A stretch of DNA of 64,000 nucleotides from the human T2T-CHM13v2.0 reference genome, Homo sapiens: NCBI RefSeq assembly GCF_009914755.1, contig NC_060933.1. One strand, 5' to 3'. Below the pieces are notes generated by a model, which was not told the origin of the DNA, searched no databases, and was given only the letters and a program-made list of their open reading frames with translations. The position numbers and the translations under genes are program-made. This document shows, one piece after another, positions 27,170 to 41,430 of the stretch. Numbering within the stretch: position 1 is the first letter of the stretch; each line of letters opens with the position of its first letter.

Positions 27170-27399
27170 ATAAACCTTACTTCTGCCACTCACTTCCTAG
27201 GTGTGCAATGTTATTTTTACTTTATAACCTCTTTTTAAGCTCCAGTTTCCTTATCTAACAGATGGATAAAATAATACCACATCCTTCATGAGATCATTGT
27301 AAGCATTATATAAGATAAATGCTAAAATCATTTGGCATGGTTCCTGGCACACAGTAATCAAGAAATGCAAGCAGCTGCTATTATTGATGTTATTATTAT
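27170..27399 (+). mobile_element. MIR SINE
   Basis: TCTGCCACTCACTTCC...CAGTTTCCTTATCT...CCTGGCACACAGTAA. Confidence 0.75.
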
Positions 27400-28561
27400 A
27401 CTTGAGTTTGCATTCCAGGGGATATGCAGCAAAAACTTGGGGTGTAAAGAGGCTATAAAGTGCATAAGTTGGAAGCCAGCTCTGTTTTTGAGAAAATGCA
27501 GAGGGAGGTTTGGGAAGAAGTATAGGTAGGAATCAGATTGATGAGGGCATGGAATGTGGTTCTAAAGATTTGGGGCTTTAATGACAAGAGTGAGAAAATG
27601 GAGATATTTTTGGTTTTCTGTCAATCAGAGCGCTTATTTAGGCATGAAGTGGCCTTTCAATCTCTGTAAATCAATTCATGTAGGTGACCTGGCCCAAATT
27701 CTCTGTCTGAAAAGGAAACGTTGCTTGTGGCAGGATTTATTCCCTAGCCAATCTTCTCTATTTTCCTGCCAAAATGAGGGCCTCTTTTATTGTGTGATGG
27801 AGAGAGAATGCCACATGTAATTAGACAGAATGAGCAGAGAGGAAGAGAAAAGGTGGTGAGCATGCCACCATGCTGGCAGAAGTCTCCCAGGAACAGAAGG
27901 TGATGCGTTGTGACAGATGCCTTTGTTATGTTGTTTGTTAAACACTGCGTGGCTGCATTTCACAACATTTCTGAATCTGCCCCTGCATTCCCTGGGTATT
28001 CTGGCAGCAGAAAATGAAAACTATTGGGGCTGGAGAGTGGGGACTGGGGAGTGGTTAGCAAGGAGGGCCCAGAAATAATAATGCAATGAGATTCGTGTTC
28101 AAAATCACCTTCGCCAAATATACCAGGCTCATGCAGTCACTGTTTATTTTAGGGTTTGAGAGTTATTGCTTAAGAGATATGTTCATTGTATCTAATTAAA
28201 TTCAAATCAAGTGAATGTTTGAATACCAGCAATGTGCCAAACTGCGTTAGGCTTTGGGGATAGAAATAGGATAAAACACTATCTTTACTCTCAAGGGAGT
28301 CACACTCTAGTGTAAACAATTAGGTAAACACATGCCACACATATACACAATGCACACCCATACACATATACATATTCAACATATAAACTAAAGTGCAATG
28401 AGTTTTTAAATAGCCAAAATTTATTCAAGTTTGAGGAAAATGAGGTTAGCAGGAATCACTGAGAGGAGTGAGTGTAATTCCAGGTAAACAATAAAGAGTT
28501 CATATATACATATATAAACTTGAGTTTGCATTCCAGGGGATATCCAAGTATAATAAGAGAG

Positions 28562-28617
28562 TATACACACACACACACAAACACACACACACACGAAGAT
28601 ATATACACATACATACA
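28562..28617. repeat. Interrupted (CA)n/(TA)n microsatellite
   Basis: Read directly. Confidence 0.85.
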
Positions 28618-29599
28618 AAATTTTTGTAAGTGTTGATGAGTGAGGTACAAGGTGCAGGAAATATATGGAAAAGAAAGAGATGAATGCTGAAAAACAGTGA
28701 ATGATTCTATTGATCTGTAACATAGGACTATGCAGAAGAGAAGAACATGAAGAGGGCAGAATGAGAGGCTTATTCTGTCCTATGGAAGTATTTCCTTGGC
28801 TAGGAGAGAAAGATTCGGTAAGGGAGAGCGGTTGTGAGATTTCTGAGCATTGGTGTTGACACTTCAGGCTACACTTCAAGGTGCCACTGAAACTTCTCAA
28901 TGAAATGAAACCTTGGGTAAAATATGTTATAACAGTATGGTAACCTAACTTTTGTCTCAATTCCCTTCTACTATCAACTCTAATCTAGATGTCCATTCTG
29001 TGCCCAGCTTCTGTCAGGGAAAGTGGAAAGATGAGTATGAATAAACTTTTGGGCTGGCATAAGTTTCAGGGCAGAGAGCAGGAATGAAGAGCACCTCTGC
29101 TGTGTGCCAGGAAAGAGACTGGGGACCAGTTCTATAGAGTCTGTCTTAAAGATGCAAATCCAGGGAAGAATTGACTTTCCAAGTTCATGAATCTTAATGG
29201 GGAAGCTCAGCATCAGTTTCATACGAACATGCTTGATGTTTCTGACCACAGGAAAAGAACTAAAAAATGAACAGTGGTTAAAGTATACCCCATTCCTGTT
29301 ACTGGCAGAGGGAGATAAAGCAAAGAAGTAACAAGGATGCTCAGGCTCAGAACTGGAATTCATTTTCTCCTGAATCACTGAACCTAAGGAATAAACAATA
29401 TTCATTTTTCTATCACTCTTGGACCTGCAATTACCTAGAGTAATCCAGGAGACAGGCAGGAGAGACTGTGAACTAACAAATGAAAACAGCTACACATCTT
29501 GAGGAATACACAGACAGAGAAAGATGCTCAAACAGAATAGGCATTCAGAAAAATAGAGCTATAGAACAGGTCAATTTGATGACTTAACAAAAACAGTAA

Positions 29600-29777
29600 C
29601 AGTAGTAATAACAACTTGTAAGAAAACTCAAGAGCAGTACAAAATGCTTCCTGGAACTGAATTTATGACTTTCAACTATAACTAAATCAGAAAATAATAA
29701 GGAATAAAATTAAAGAGGTCACTATTAGAACCCAAGTTAGTAACATGAAGTCTATATGTACATATATAGATACACAT

Positions 29778-29810
<33 letters not shown>

Positions 29811-32800
29811 CACACTGTTGCATATATGAAAATGTATATGCAAAAGCACTTTGGATAAAAATGAGAGAAAAGATTCCACAAGATAGAGGAAGATAAAAAT
29901 AACCAATAGATGTGGGTGTTTTGTGTATGTTTGTGTCTGTGTGATGCATGGATTACTTGAAAGTAATATAAATGCTAAATAAATATACTTTTAACTAGAA
30001 AGGCCATATTAAAAATAAATACTCTTATTAGCCTATAATAATTTTAAACGTTCTTAGTGCTACCTAGGAAATGGCCGTCAAGAAGAGAGGGAGAAATTAA
30101 AATAATTGCAAAGGTTTCGTCTGAGTTAAGTCAGAGAGGAGGAGTGAGGAGAGAGGAAGTGTTCTCAAAGCTTTGTTTTACTGAGAAAGGGATAAAATGG
30201 GAAAACAATAATGTTTTATAGAGGTATGTTATTTTTAAGTAATTGTAGAGGAATCTGCAATTTCTTGCGAACTCATCTGAGGAAAAAGTAAACACTAAAG
30301 AAAGAAAATTACTAAGGAACTTGCAATATTACAATGGTGAGAAAAATGTTAATAGATGCTTAATCAAATAGCATGTATAAGTGAAAGGAGGAAAATAAAA
30401 TACAACGTAAGTATATAGTAACATGGAAGAAATAAAATTAAGCATATTAGTTATTACTCTAAGTATGTGTTAATTGAAATATCTAAGAGTAAGTCAGTAA
30501 TTATTAGATGAGGTTAAACAACAAAACATAGTTATATGCTGTTTACAAAAAATGCATTTAAAACAAAGCCATAAAGAATGGCTAAAAAGTAGTGGGATAG
30601 CCTAAGGGATATTATACAAATATGAACAGCAACAAAGGTACCAACAACAAACCACTATAATAAAAATATTAGCATTAGTCACATAGAAATTTAAATTAAA
30701 CAGTAAGAGCCATAAACCTTTATGCAGCAAACAATATAGCAACTAAGCACAGAAAGCAAAATCCATAAAAAATGTGAGAACATAATATATATTACAACGA
30801 AATACTTAGATACCTCTCATAATTGGAAAGTTTTAGCAGACAAAATTGAAAAGAACTTATTAGAAGAACAAATTAAAATAATTACCATACTTCTGATTGA
30901 GAGAGAAAGATAAAGGAGGCTTTATGAAATGATATACATTTTTGTTATATCTAAGAAATATTTATAATATTTGGTCATATACTTGCAGGAGACAAATTCT
31001 TTTTATTTAAATTTATTTAATTTATTTTTTATCACACATCTGTACCAACCAGAACAAATTCTTAATTAAAATACACGATGGACCACATTATCTTACAATA
31101 ATCCAATTTCATTAAAAATAAGTTATTTGAAATTTGACTAAAATATATTTACAACTTGAAAATTAAATAAATTAAATTTATGTAGCCTTTGGATCAAAGA
31201 GAAACTAAACTGCAAACCATCTAGAAAGCAACACAAGGAAGTCGTATCACAAATGCTTTCACAATTTAAAAAGATAGTTAAAAACTATGAGTTAGTGCTC
31301 ATGTAGGGGAATTAAGAAAAAAACATAAAAAATAAAATTATAAAAACTCTCTACATGAAATTAATAAAGATAAAATCTGAAATTAATGAAATAGAACGAA
31401 TAAGTTGCAGAAAAAAATATAAATGGCATGCAGACCAGTTCATTGTAAAAGCAAGTAAGATACATAAAACATTTTAGCTTAATTAAAAATAAAAGAGAAG
31501 GATAAAATGTATTAAAAATTAAGAAATATTAAGGAGGTATAACCACAAATAAAAATTTGATCAAGGGATAATTTAGAGTAAAATTTTGAAAACCTAGAGG
31601 AAAAGGATGATTTCCTAGGGATCTGTAAATGATTATAATTGATCACAAAGGAATAGAAAATGTGAATAAGTCAAGTCCAATAAAAGACAGGAAGTATGAT
31701 TAAGTAGCTATCATTAAAATAGTCACCAGAAACAAATAAGTTCACAGACTGGGTCTATCTAACTTATAAATAATTTCAACATGATGCTCCCTAGAATAAA
31801 ACATCAACTCAATTTATCTTATGAAGACACCAGGGCTTTAAAATCAAAGCATAGACGAATGCTAATAAGAATGTTATAGAGTTGCTATATGTATAAACTC
31901 CAAATTATATATTTAATATCTATTTATATGCACATAAATATATACAAGCTCCAAATAAGATATTAACAAGCAGAATGAAGGTATGAAGCCAAAAAGAGAA
32001 TAACAGATTTATCCTTAAATATTCACGGGTGATTCAAACTACTGGTTAATCTGTTGTGCCAACAAATAAAAGGGAAAGATCATAGGATTGCATTAATATA
32101 TGCTAAAAAAGCATTTGATAAAAATCAGAGAGCTTACCAAATAAAATTAGTATAAAATAAAACAACTTAGATTTTATAAAGTCTGTATTCAAAACTTTAC
32201 AGCATACATGACTCTAAATGGTAAAATACAAAACCCTTTAAGTAATGTACTAGGCAAAAAATCAGTATTGTCATGATTAGTATTTTTTTAAATGCTCTAG
32301 CAGATTCAATATAAAAAAAGTCAAGATAATTTGTTAACAATAAGAGATTATAGTGGGAAAAACAAACACATAGTATCATAAGAAAATTGGGTAAGGTGAT
32401 TGGATACAAGATAAATACTCAAGGGTCAATATCCCCTCTCTATACTAGCAATAAACACCATTTCGAAAAGAGAGCATTTCTATTAACATCAAGAACAAAA
32501 ATCATATATAACTAAATATAATTTTAACAATAAAGTCACAGTATATACATAAAAAATGTAAAGTATACTGTATTAATTGAATTAAAATTTATGTTCGAGT
32601 ACTACTTTAACTAATATATTAATTTGTATTTTTAAAATTATGCAATTCACCTTGGAAACCCAACAGAAATTATGGAATAAAATTACATAACTTTAAAGTT
32701 TAAAACAAAGAAAAGATGGCAAAGAAGAGTCCAAAAATTTGTGTAAAAGAACAGCAGGGAAGGGGAATTGCTTCAACGGATCTTAGTACATACTGTAAAA

Positions 32801-32980
32801 CCAATGTAATCAAATGGATGGGTTGTGTAGGAATAGAGAAGGAATGAGAGCTTAATGAGGGCAAACATTATGTTTTGTTTGCTGATATATTTCAAGTACA
32901 TAGAAAAATGCCCAAGGAATATTGGCTGATTTAATTTATGGAAAAGATCAGAGGAATTGTATAGAGAGCCTAGACATGGA
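29600..32980 (+). mobile_element. Old, highly decayed L1M (L1MC/ME-class) ORF2 region
   Basis: A-rich. Remnant motifs TATGCTGTTTACAAAAAATGCAT (endonuclease CCLQETH-like, ~30535), TGCTAAAAAAGCATTTGATAAAA (AEKAFDK-like, 32101) and GGATACAAGATAAAT (GYKIN, 32402). Confidence 0.75.
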
Positions 32981-33014
32981 TCTCAATAGATAGGACTTAT
33001 GGTAAGTAAAAGAC

Positions 33015-33230
33015 ATTTTATTTAAATATAATATACATACAAATTATAAGTGTACAGTTTGAGAAATTTTGATATATAAACTCACTTTTGTTAGCAAAGT
33101 ATCTCATATATACATAAAATCGTTACATCACCCCAGAAGTCCCATTTGTGTATATTCTCAAGATATACCCTCAAATGTTCTCCAAACATAACTTCTGACT
33201 CTAAAACCATAGATTTGTTTTCCTATAGGA
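33015..33230 (-). mobile_element. L1ME-class 3'-end fragment
   Basis: TTTTATTTAAATATAATATACATAC...TAAGTGTACAGTTTGAGAAATTTTGA...CATCACCCCAGAAG. Confidence 0.65.
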
Positions 33231-33369
33231 AGTCTTAAGATAGCACTGACTTTTTGTTGAAATTATTAGTAGTAATACTGTTGTTATTTTTATCTCCTCT
33301 GCTTAAGTGGTCCTTAGGTTATAGGTCAAATTGTCAACGTTGTCATAAAGCTACAGTAAGTAGATTTTG

Positions 33370-34000
33370 AGTAATACTATAAGTTGAGTGCTTTACATTC
33401 ATTTTCTAATGTAGGTCACATAAAACCAAGATGAACTGTATGATTCTTTTATTTAGAAAGTGAAGAATTTGAGGCTTAGAGAGATGAAGCAATTACCTAA
33501 ATTTACACAGTGAGAGGCAGTAGAACCAGAGCTCAAACCCATTTTCATGTAATCATCCTATAGCTCACTGTTTTCACACTACAAAGTGTTATGAGAATTA
33601 AATCAGATAATACTTAATAAAGTGTTTAACACACTGCTCTAAACTGTGTCCTTAATAAATGTATAGTTACAATCGTAATGTCAAAAGTCATTCAGTCTTC
33701 ACAATGAAAAGCTAGGTTTATTAACCTCACATTTGAAGATGAGAAAACTGAGGCTTAGGGAGGTTAAATTACCTACTGCATTCACACAACTACTTGGCAA
33801 AGGCAGGGTTAGCCTCAAGCCATTTCTCTCCAAAGTCTTATTCTTAAGCACTATGTGGGCCCAGGTTCAACCACAACTACATTGACCTTAGGCAATCCAT
33901 TCAATCTCTCTGTCTTGGCTGAATAATCTGTATTTTGAGAGCCACAACCCCTGCTCTATTTATCTCAGAGCAATGGTGTAAGAAAGGTGAAGGAGCTTTG
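33370..34000. mobile_element. Cluster of three to four MIR fragments in both orientations
   Basis: TGAGGCTTAGAGAGATGAAG (33471), GATGAGAAAACTGAGGCTTAGGGAGGTTAAAT (33738) and TGACCTTAGGCAA (33883). Confidence 0.75.
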
Positions 34001-35571
34001 AAACAATAGTATAATAATATAGAAGATTGTTGCTTATTTCTCCCCTAGCAACACAAGGTGGCAGATATAACAGCCGGGTCATCATTTTCTACAAAAAAAT
34101 ACTCATTTCAGACTAAGAAGAGAATTACGCATTTTGATATATCCTCCCATAATGATTACATAAAATCTTTAATTTTTCTGAAAATGGGCTTTTATCTGTC
34201 TGGTGAATGGTACTTATTTCTTTATTTCACAGCATTAATGCCAAAAAAAGCAGAGCAAACTATTTTTGTCATTTTGGAGGATAGAGGTGGGGTGGATAAC
34301 AGGCATAGAGAGATAATAGATATCTTCATGATTCTGTTGTAAACTGTCACTTAAACAAAGGAAAGAATCTGTATCTACCAACTTCCAAGACTGCATGAGT
34401 CCTTGTACAAAGGGTGAAAAGTCACTTCAGAGACAGTCAAGAAATAAGACACTACTACCTCTGTTAAAGAAGGTTTCTCTACTAACTACCAGACCACCTG
34501 TATCTCCTGTAGCCATCAGGTCTCGATTCATCTCAAACTCGTTCTAAATGCTCCATATCTATTTTTTCAGCCTTTGTTACTCTGCTTCCTAAGTAGTCCC
34601 TTTAACCTCTCCTTCTTATGTACTCACTCCACGTATCAGGAACCATTTCAAAAGCCACAGCTTCCCTAAAACTTCCTCTACTCTTCCTGACTGAACGTAG
34701 TATTTCTCATTTCCTTCAAATGCGTTTAGTTTCATTAATGGCATATTTCCTTTTTTCCATGACAAAGTTACCTTTTCCCCATTTTAAAAGTATGACAATA
34801 AAATATGTCTATTTTAAAGTATATAAGAAATATAAACTTAGTGAATAGTATTAGTGAATAGTGAGTGCTATTTTTACCACTCTTATCCTTCTCTCCTCTG
34901 CCTGAGTACCCTATTTTAATTTCTTTAGTTCGTAGTTTTACACATATTTTACATGCATTTAAATGCTCCACTTAATCCAAAGGTACTTTGGAGTGAAAAT
35001 CATTATTCTGGCTTTGGATATATTGTCAGGTAATAACAACAGCTATACAGAAAAATAAAGTGCAGTAAGAGGATTGATTTGATAAAAGAATATTCTATCT
35101 GAGAAGACAAAGCCCATAAAATGGAAGTAGGAATGTCCCTGGAAGTGAATTATAGAATTTCAGAGAAAGAAACATTTGGGACCTTAATGAATTGGAAAAT
35201 GCTTCATGGGTCAGTCTGCTACTAGCACTGCAGAAGGGGTAGATTTACGGAGCACGAGCATGAGCATTGCAGATTGGAGGTACACAGTAAGCAAAGACAC
35301 AGAAGCAGGATGACAGAGTGAAGGGAAGATAGTAAGGTGATTCTTTCAATTTCTTCACCTTCTTATCTGCTCCCAAGTCCTGACTACATTAACTCAGTAG
35401 TACTTCCTGTTCTTGTCTTTCACTTGATCACTCCCCAACCCAGACCAAGGGCATTTACCTCCTGGTGGCTGTTTCCTGGGTCCATCTGCATTTTTTTAAA
35501 AAATCAAGATTTGTCTTGCATGTCTCACCGTGCTTACTCCCCAAAACAGCCCCAAACACACCACTTTCTTA

Positions 35572-35645
35572 ACATATATACACATATTCACACGCATATA
35601 CATACATACACATATATACATATACACACATGCACATGCACATAA
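35572..35645. repeat. (CATA)n/(CA)n low-complexity tract
   Basis: Read directly. Confidence 0.8.
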
Positions 35646-35941
35646 ATATGTATTTCAACTTTCTTTTGTTATCTACATTAATTTCAAAATAATGGGCTCA
35701 TAATTCATGTCATTAATTTTTCATTTTTTTAGTAGAAGCTACTAAATTTTTTAAAGGAAGTTGAGACTTTAACTCTCCTACACCACTTCCCAAATCTTCC
35801 TCCCCACTCTCCCTGCAAAATACATATATATATATTTCCCTTATATTCATTATTACATATAGCTGTGTTATGGGACAGAGATATTTTATGTTATTTTACT
35901 ATATAAATAGTATTCATAACTGAGTCATGTAGTTTACTATG

Positions 35942-36339
35942 TGTCTTTGCCCATTTGTGATGCTAAAACAAAATACCTGAGACTGGGTAACAGATAAACA
36001 ACATAAATTCTATTTCCCTTGATTCTGGAGACTGGGAAGTTCAAGACTTAGGCACTGGCAGGTTAGGTGTCTGCTGCTGCTGGTCTCTGTTTTCAAGACG
36101 GTGCCTTTTACAATGCATCCTCCAGAGGGAAGAAACACTGTGTCCTCACACAGCAGAAGGAAAGGAAAGAAAAAAAAGCCCTAACTAATTCCCTCCAGCC
36201 CTTTTATAAGGCACTAATCCACATGAGGCTGAGCCCTCATGACTTAATCCCCTCCTATAGGCCTTGCCTCTTAATACTGTTGCATTGAGGATTAAGTTTC
36301 AACATGGATTTGAGGGAGCACAACATTCAAACCATAGCA
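35942..36339 (-). mobile_element. MLT1A/MST-class MaLR solo LTR with 5-bp TSD
   Basis: TG...CA termini. Internal ATACCTGAGACTGGGT and CAAACCATAGCA. TSD CTATG at 35937-35941 and 36340-36344. Confidence 0.9.
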
Positions 36340-36344
36340 CTATG

Positions 36345-37560
36345 TTTGCATTTACTCGCTTTGACTTTTTTTCCTCCTGGAGTTGATCATTGCTTCATTA
36401 TTTTCATTTGCCTTATTTTCAAACATTATTTCATTCTGCAATTTTTCAACAATACCAACCATAGAACTTCTCTTATTTTAGTCAATCATCACAGTATGTA
36501 TGTATGTGCTGAGAAACATCCTCCTTCACCCCCACACCTCAGAGTCCTTCATCCTGCCCAACTGTGGATTCAATCACTCCCTAGCAGGAATTTGCAGCTC
36601 TTTCATGGGAATATTTTCACCATAATTTTAAAGTTGCCTTGTTTGTTCTTCCAGGTTGGAACTTCTGTTTCTTTCAGAAGACGGTTCTCTTTCCTGGTTT
36701 ATACCTTTGCATTGCTGGAGCATGTCTTCCAATATTTTCTCACATACTTTCAGAGATACATTTTTGAGATACTATTTGTTTAAACACGTCCTTATTATAC
36801 CCTAATACATAATGATGAATTATCTGTATTTATTTTTTTTTTGCCAGAAATAATTTTCCCTCAAAATTTTGATGGAATTCATCCACAGTCTTCTAATTTC
36901 TGTGCTGGTGATGTCACCTAGATACTTGATCATTGTATATGGTGATGGAAATAGATTGAGCAGAGGAATGCTGCTTTTCTTTCTGGAAGATTTTACAGAT
37001 GTTCCTTTTTCTCTGCATGCTGAAATTTCAGAAGTGCCTTAATGTGGGCATTTTTTTAATTTGGGGGGATGAGAACATGGGATTCCTCAATCTAAGAGCT
37101 AATGTTCTTCATTTCTTAAATGCATGTATCCACACACTTATGTACAAATACACACACATGTGTATATAGAGTTTACATAAGTATATATACACTGTGTGTA
37201 TATATAGTGCATAGTATGTATATAGTGTATGTTTGTGTGTAGATATACATGTATATATTAAAATTTCTCTCCTCTATATTTTTATATTCTCTCTTTCCAT
37301 AAATATGATTTATATTGGACCTCCCAGAGGTGTCTGATATCATTCTCTTCTCTTTTCTGTTTTCTGTATTTTTGTCTTTATGTTCAACTTTCTAGAGATT
37401 TCCTCATTTATCTTCCAACCCAGCCACTGAATTATTTTAAAAATATTTTGGATTTTAAAAGTATACTCCACACTTTTTACTTCTAAATTTTCTGCCATTT
37501 TTAATAGAACGTGTTCATACCCCACTAAGGACACCAATCACACGTGTATGTAGGTGTGTC
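36345..37560 (-). mobile_element. Ancient L1M/HAL1-like ORF1-region fossil
   Basis: T-rich, with AATAATTTTCCCTCAAAATTTTGA and CAACTTTCTAGAGATTTCCTC motifs resembling old L1 ORF1 in reverse. Confidence 0.5.
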
Positions 37561-37919
37561 TTATAGTTTCTATTTCCTCTGCAGTCGCCTCTTACCTGGT
37601 TTCTCTGCATCAATCCTTCCCCACTAGAGTCCATTTTCAACATGGTAGCTAGAATTATCATTTTAAAAAGTGATTAATGTTTTAAGGGATAAAATAATCC
37701 TTACCCTCAAAAACAAGAAATATGGGAATTTATAAAGTAAAAAGTAAAAAAGTACTCACAATCCACTACCCAAAAACAACTGTCATGGATATCTGGTGGC
37801 TGTCACTCTGACATCTCTCTAAGGAACATATATATATCCCTGTCTAAAGAATATACAGAAACATGATAGATGAGTTGAGAGACAGATAAAAATGTAATGC
37901 TATTATAAGGGCTATTTTA

Positions 37920-38641
<722 letters not shown>

Positions 38642-38668
38642 AGGGCTACTTTAAAATAGATGGTTTAA

Positions 38669-38919
38669 CCAAACACCTCATGTTCTCACTCATAGGTGGA
38701 AATTGAACAATGAGAACACTTGGACACAGGGTGGGGAACATCACACACCGGGGCCTGTCGTGGGGTGCGGGGAGCAGGGAGAGAGAGCATTAGGAGATAT
38801 ACCTAATGTAAATGACGAGTTAACGGGTGCAGCACACCAACATGGCACATGTATACATGTGTAACAAACCTGCACGTTGTGCACATGTACCCTAGAACTT
38901 AATGTATAATAATAAAAAA
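38669..38919 (+). mobile_element. Young L1PA (about L1PA4/5-like) 3' fragment
   Basis: CATGTTCTCACTCATAGGTG...GCACATGTACCCTAGAACTTAA plus A tail. GGTTTAA on both sides (38662, 38920). Confidence 0.93.
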
Positions 38920-39414
38920 GGTTTAAATTTAGTTTTACTTGATTTAGCAATAAGTAAAATATATTGAAGTAAACATGAAAGAACTGATGAATGCCAAATT
39001 AAGTATTTTCCACCACAAGGAGAGACTAGTGTCTGAAATATCTCTAGAATTAAGAAAAAGAGGTAACAAGAAATTTTAACTTGCACTCTTTTTAAAAAAT
39101 ATATGTTTCCATTTTAGACCTATCTGTTGACTCCTGCTGTGAAGAAACTAGTGCTCTCATACCCTCTCTCTCTTATTCCCTCTCTGTCTCTCCAGTCCCC
39201 CTCTCTCATATGCTATTATTAGGAAGGTTGAAAACATTTATGTATTCTGGTCTGAAACCACAATTTTCACTGTTGTATCAACTTAATTGTATATTTAATT
39301 GAAATCTGTCATCACCCCTGACCCTTTTCCTATGGCTTACATCCAATTACTTTGTCATCATTTGTATTTTTGTTTACCTGATTTCATCTTCTGGAAGCTT
39401 TTTGTTTTTCAAAA

Positions 39415-39625
39415 TATATATTTTATTTAACCCCATCTATTCAAAATATTCTCAATTCAATGTGTAATGAATACAAAATCACTAAGATGTTTTAGGATCT
39501 TTTTCTTAGCAAGTCTTTAATCTCTGGTGTGTATTTTACACTTAGAGCACTTTTCAATTCCACTAGCCATATTTCAGGTGTTCAGTAGTCACACGTGGTT
39601 AGTGGCTACAGTCTTGGGGGCACAG
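39415..39625 (+). mobile_element. MER33/MER3-like hAT-Charlie element
   Basis: TCTGGTGTGTATTTTACACTTAGAGCAC...CTAGCCATATTTCAGGTG...CACGTGGTTAGTGGCTAC. Confidence 0.8.
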
Positions 39626-39939
39626 TTCCGGACTTTGTCTTTTCCTTTGTCTCGTGTTAAATTGTGATTGCACCCCTGCAGTTCCTGCAAATTGTGAGGT
39701 TCTGTCCTAGAAAGGGTCGGGGGGGTGGGGGTGGGTGTCAATTTTTGGTTTATTGTGTTTTCCAATGTTGATAATTTTTTATTTTGAGATAATGTTAGAT
39801 CCACATGCAGTCAAATGAAATCATATAGGAGCTTTTTCAAATAAGAGATTGGGGGGCGGTCCTCGGTTCCTTCAGTTTGTGCATGCTTCCCAATATCTGT
39901 ATCCTGCTTTTACACTTGAAAGGTACTTCCTTTTTAAGT

Positions 39940-40445
39940 GTAAGTGAGATAATGTAATTCTGCTGTTTAAAATCCTGCCATTGCACCCCATTTCACTCAC
40001 TAAAAGCCAAGTGTCTCTATAGTAGCTGACAAGTCATGTAAGTTCTGACTATCAGGTACTCCTCTGTTAATAAATGTGTAAGATCATTACCTCTCTGCTT
40101 TCTTCAGCTTCTCTACCTCCTTCTAATTCTTTTCTGGCCAAATGGCTACAACTGTAAGGCCTAAGGTTTTCCCCTCTGTCTTGCATTGCCTTATACCAGA
40201 TACGCATATTGCCCACTCCCTCACCTTCAAGATTTTGCCCAAATGTCACCTCAGTGAAGCCTACCCTGAGCAGCCAATTTAAAACGAATTACTTCTCTCC
40301 ACCCATTCAACACTCCCAATTACCTGTTGCAGTGCTCACTGTAGTTTCCTCTTTTCCAAAGCACTTTGCACTAATATGGTATATAATTTACCTGTTTATG
40401 GTCTTTGTTTGTTTTTTAATCCCATAGCCAAAATAAAGTTCTGTC
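39940..40445 (+). mobile_element. L2 fragment
   Basis: CTGTTTAAAATCC...CCCAAATGTCACCTCAGTGAAGCCTACCCTGA. Confidence 0.7.
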
Positions 40446-40454
40446 AATTACTGT

Positions 40455-40960
40455 TGACTGTGAAGGCTTGTTTAGCTTATCTGTGTCTCAGTTTCTCCAT
40501 CTATAAAATTTAAATGAGAACAATTATTTTCACTTATTGAGTGGCTACCATGTTCAATGCACTGTGATAGTCTCTTCATATGTAATTTGTCATGTAAGCA
40601 CTGCAATCACCTTCAGGTAGATTGTCCACATCTAGCAAATGAGATAACGTTAGAAAAGGCTAGGTGACTTGCCCAAGGTCCCACAGCTAGTAATTGATGC
40701 AGACTGGACAGGATTATAGGAGATAACCTAGACACCCACTTACCATAAAAAAAAAAAAAACTGTTAGTAAATGTTTACTAAAAAACATCTTTTATTTTTT
40801 ATTGCATCCATTTTAATAATTGCTTATGTAGTTATTCCCATTTTACAGGTAAAGAAACTGAGCTCCCCAAAAGTTAAAATACTTGGTCAGAAAATTGGTA
40901 ATTATTGAAGCTGGATTTCACCCAGGGTGTCTCTGGCTGCAAAACTCTTGCTCTTTTGAT
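40455..40960. mobile_element. MIR fragment cluster
   Basis: GTCTCAGTTTCTCCATCTATAAAA (plus), GGTGACTTGCCCAAGGTCCCACAGCTAG (minus) and CCCATTTTACAGGTAAAGAAACTGAG (minus). Confidence 0.75.
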
Positions 40961-41416
40961 ACTACCAAAAGGCATTCAAAGTTAGCTGGATGAAAAAGTA
41001 AACGTAACTAATGTATAGTTTCTCATTTTTACTTGCTAAATATAAAATCTCTTCTTCAATACTACTTAAGCACATATAATTTGATCTGGATATGATTCTC
41101 CTAATGAATTTAGGCAGTGAAAAATTAACACCATTTCAATAAATTGGACATTGACATTTTTTGAATTGCTGTCTATTTTACTCCAATTTATGGGGTAATC
41201 AGCGCTCTATTCCATAATGCTATGAGGTTTCCCACTGCTATCAATCATTCCTTCTCTCTTCATGGTATTGCTGCCTTCACTTGGTGGCATCTGCTGCCAA
41301 ATAAAAGGTCACTTAATGGGTCCTTACTCTTTGGAGCACCATCCAAATCCTCGTCTTCAATCAGCTTCTCAGGGAGAGATCCAGGTGGGGGCAAAGAGGC
41401 AGGTCATTTCACTTCT

Positions 41417-41430
41417 GTTTCCATGGCAAC
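41417..41430. promoter_or_regulatory. RFX X-box motif GTTTCCATGGCAAC (candidate)
   Basis: Exact fit to the palindromic RFX consensus GTTNCCATGGNAAC, in apparently non-repetitive DNA. Binding is not shown. Confidence 0.55.

Noticed and set aside
27400-28543. 26-bp direct repeat as a CRISPR-like array
   Set aside because: There are only two copies, 1.1 kb apart, in primate DNA, with no regular spacers or cas genes.
28421-29405. Longest ORF (179 aa) and the adjacent 141-aa ORF, minus strand
   Set aside because: The first crosses a (TG)n repeat, and neither has a recognisable domain. Both are consistent with chance ORFs.
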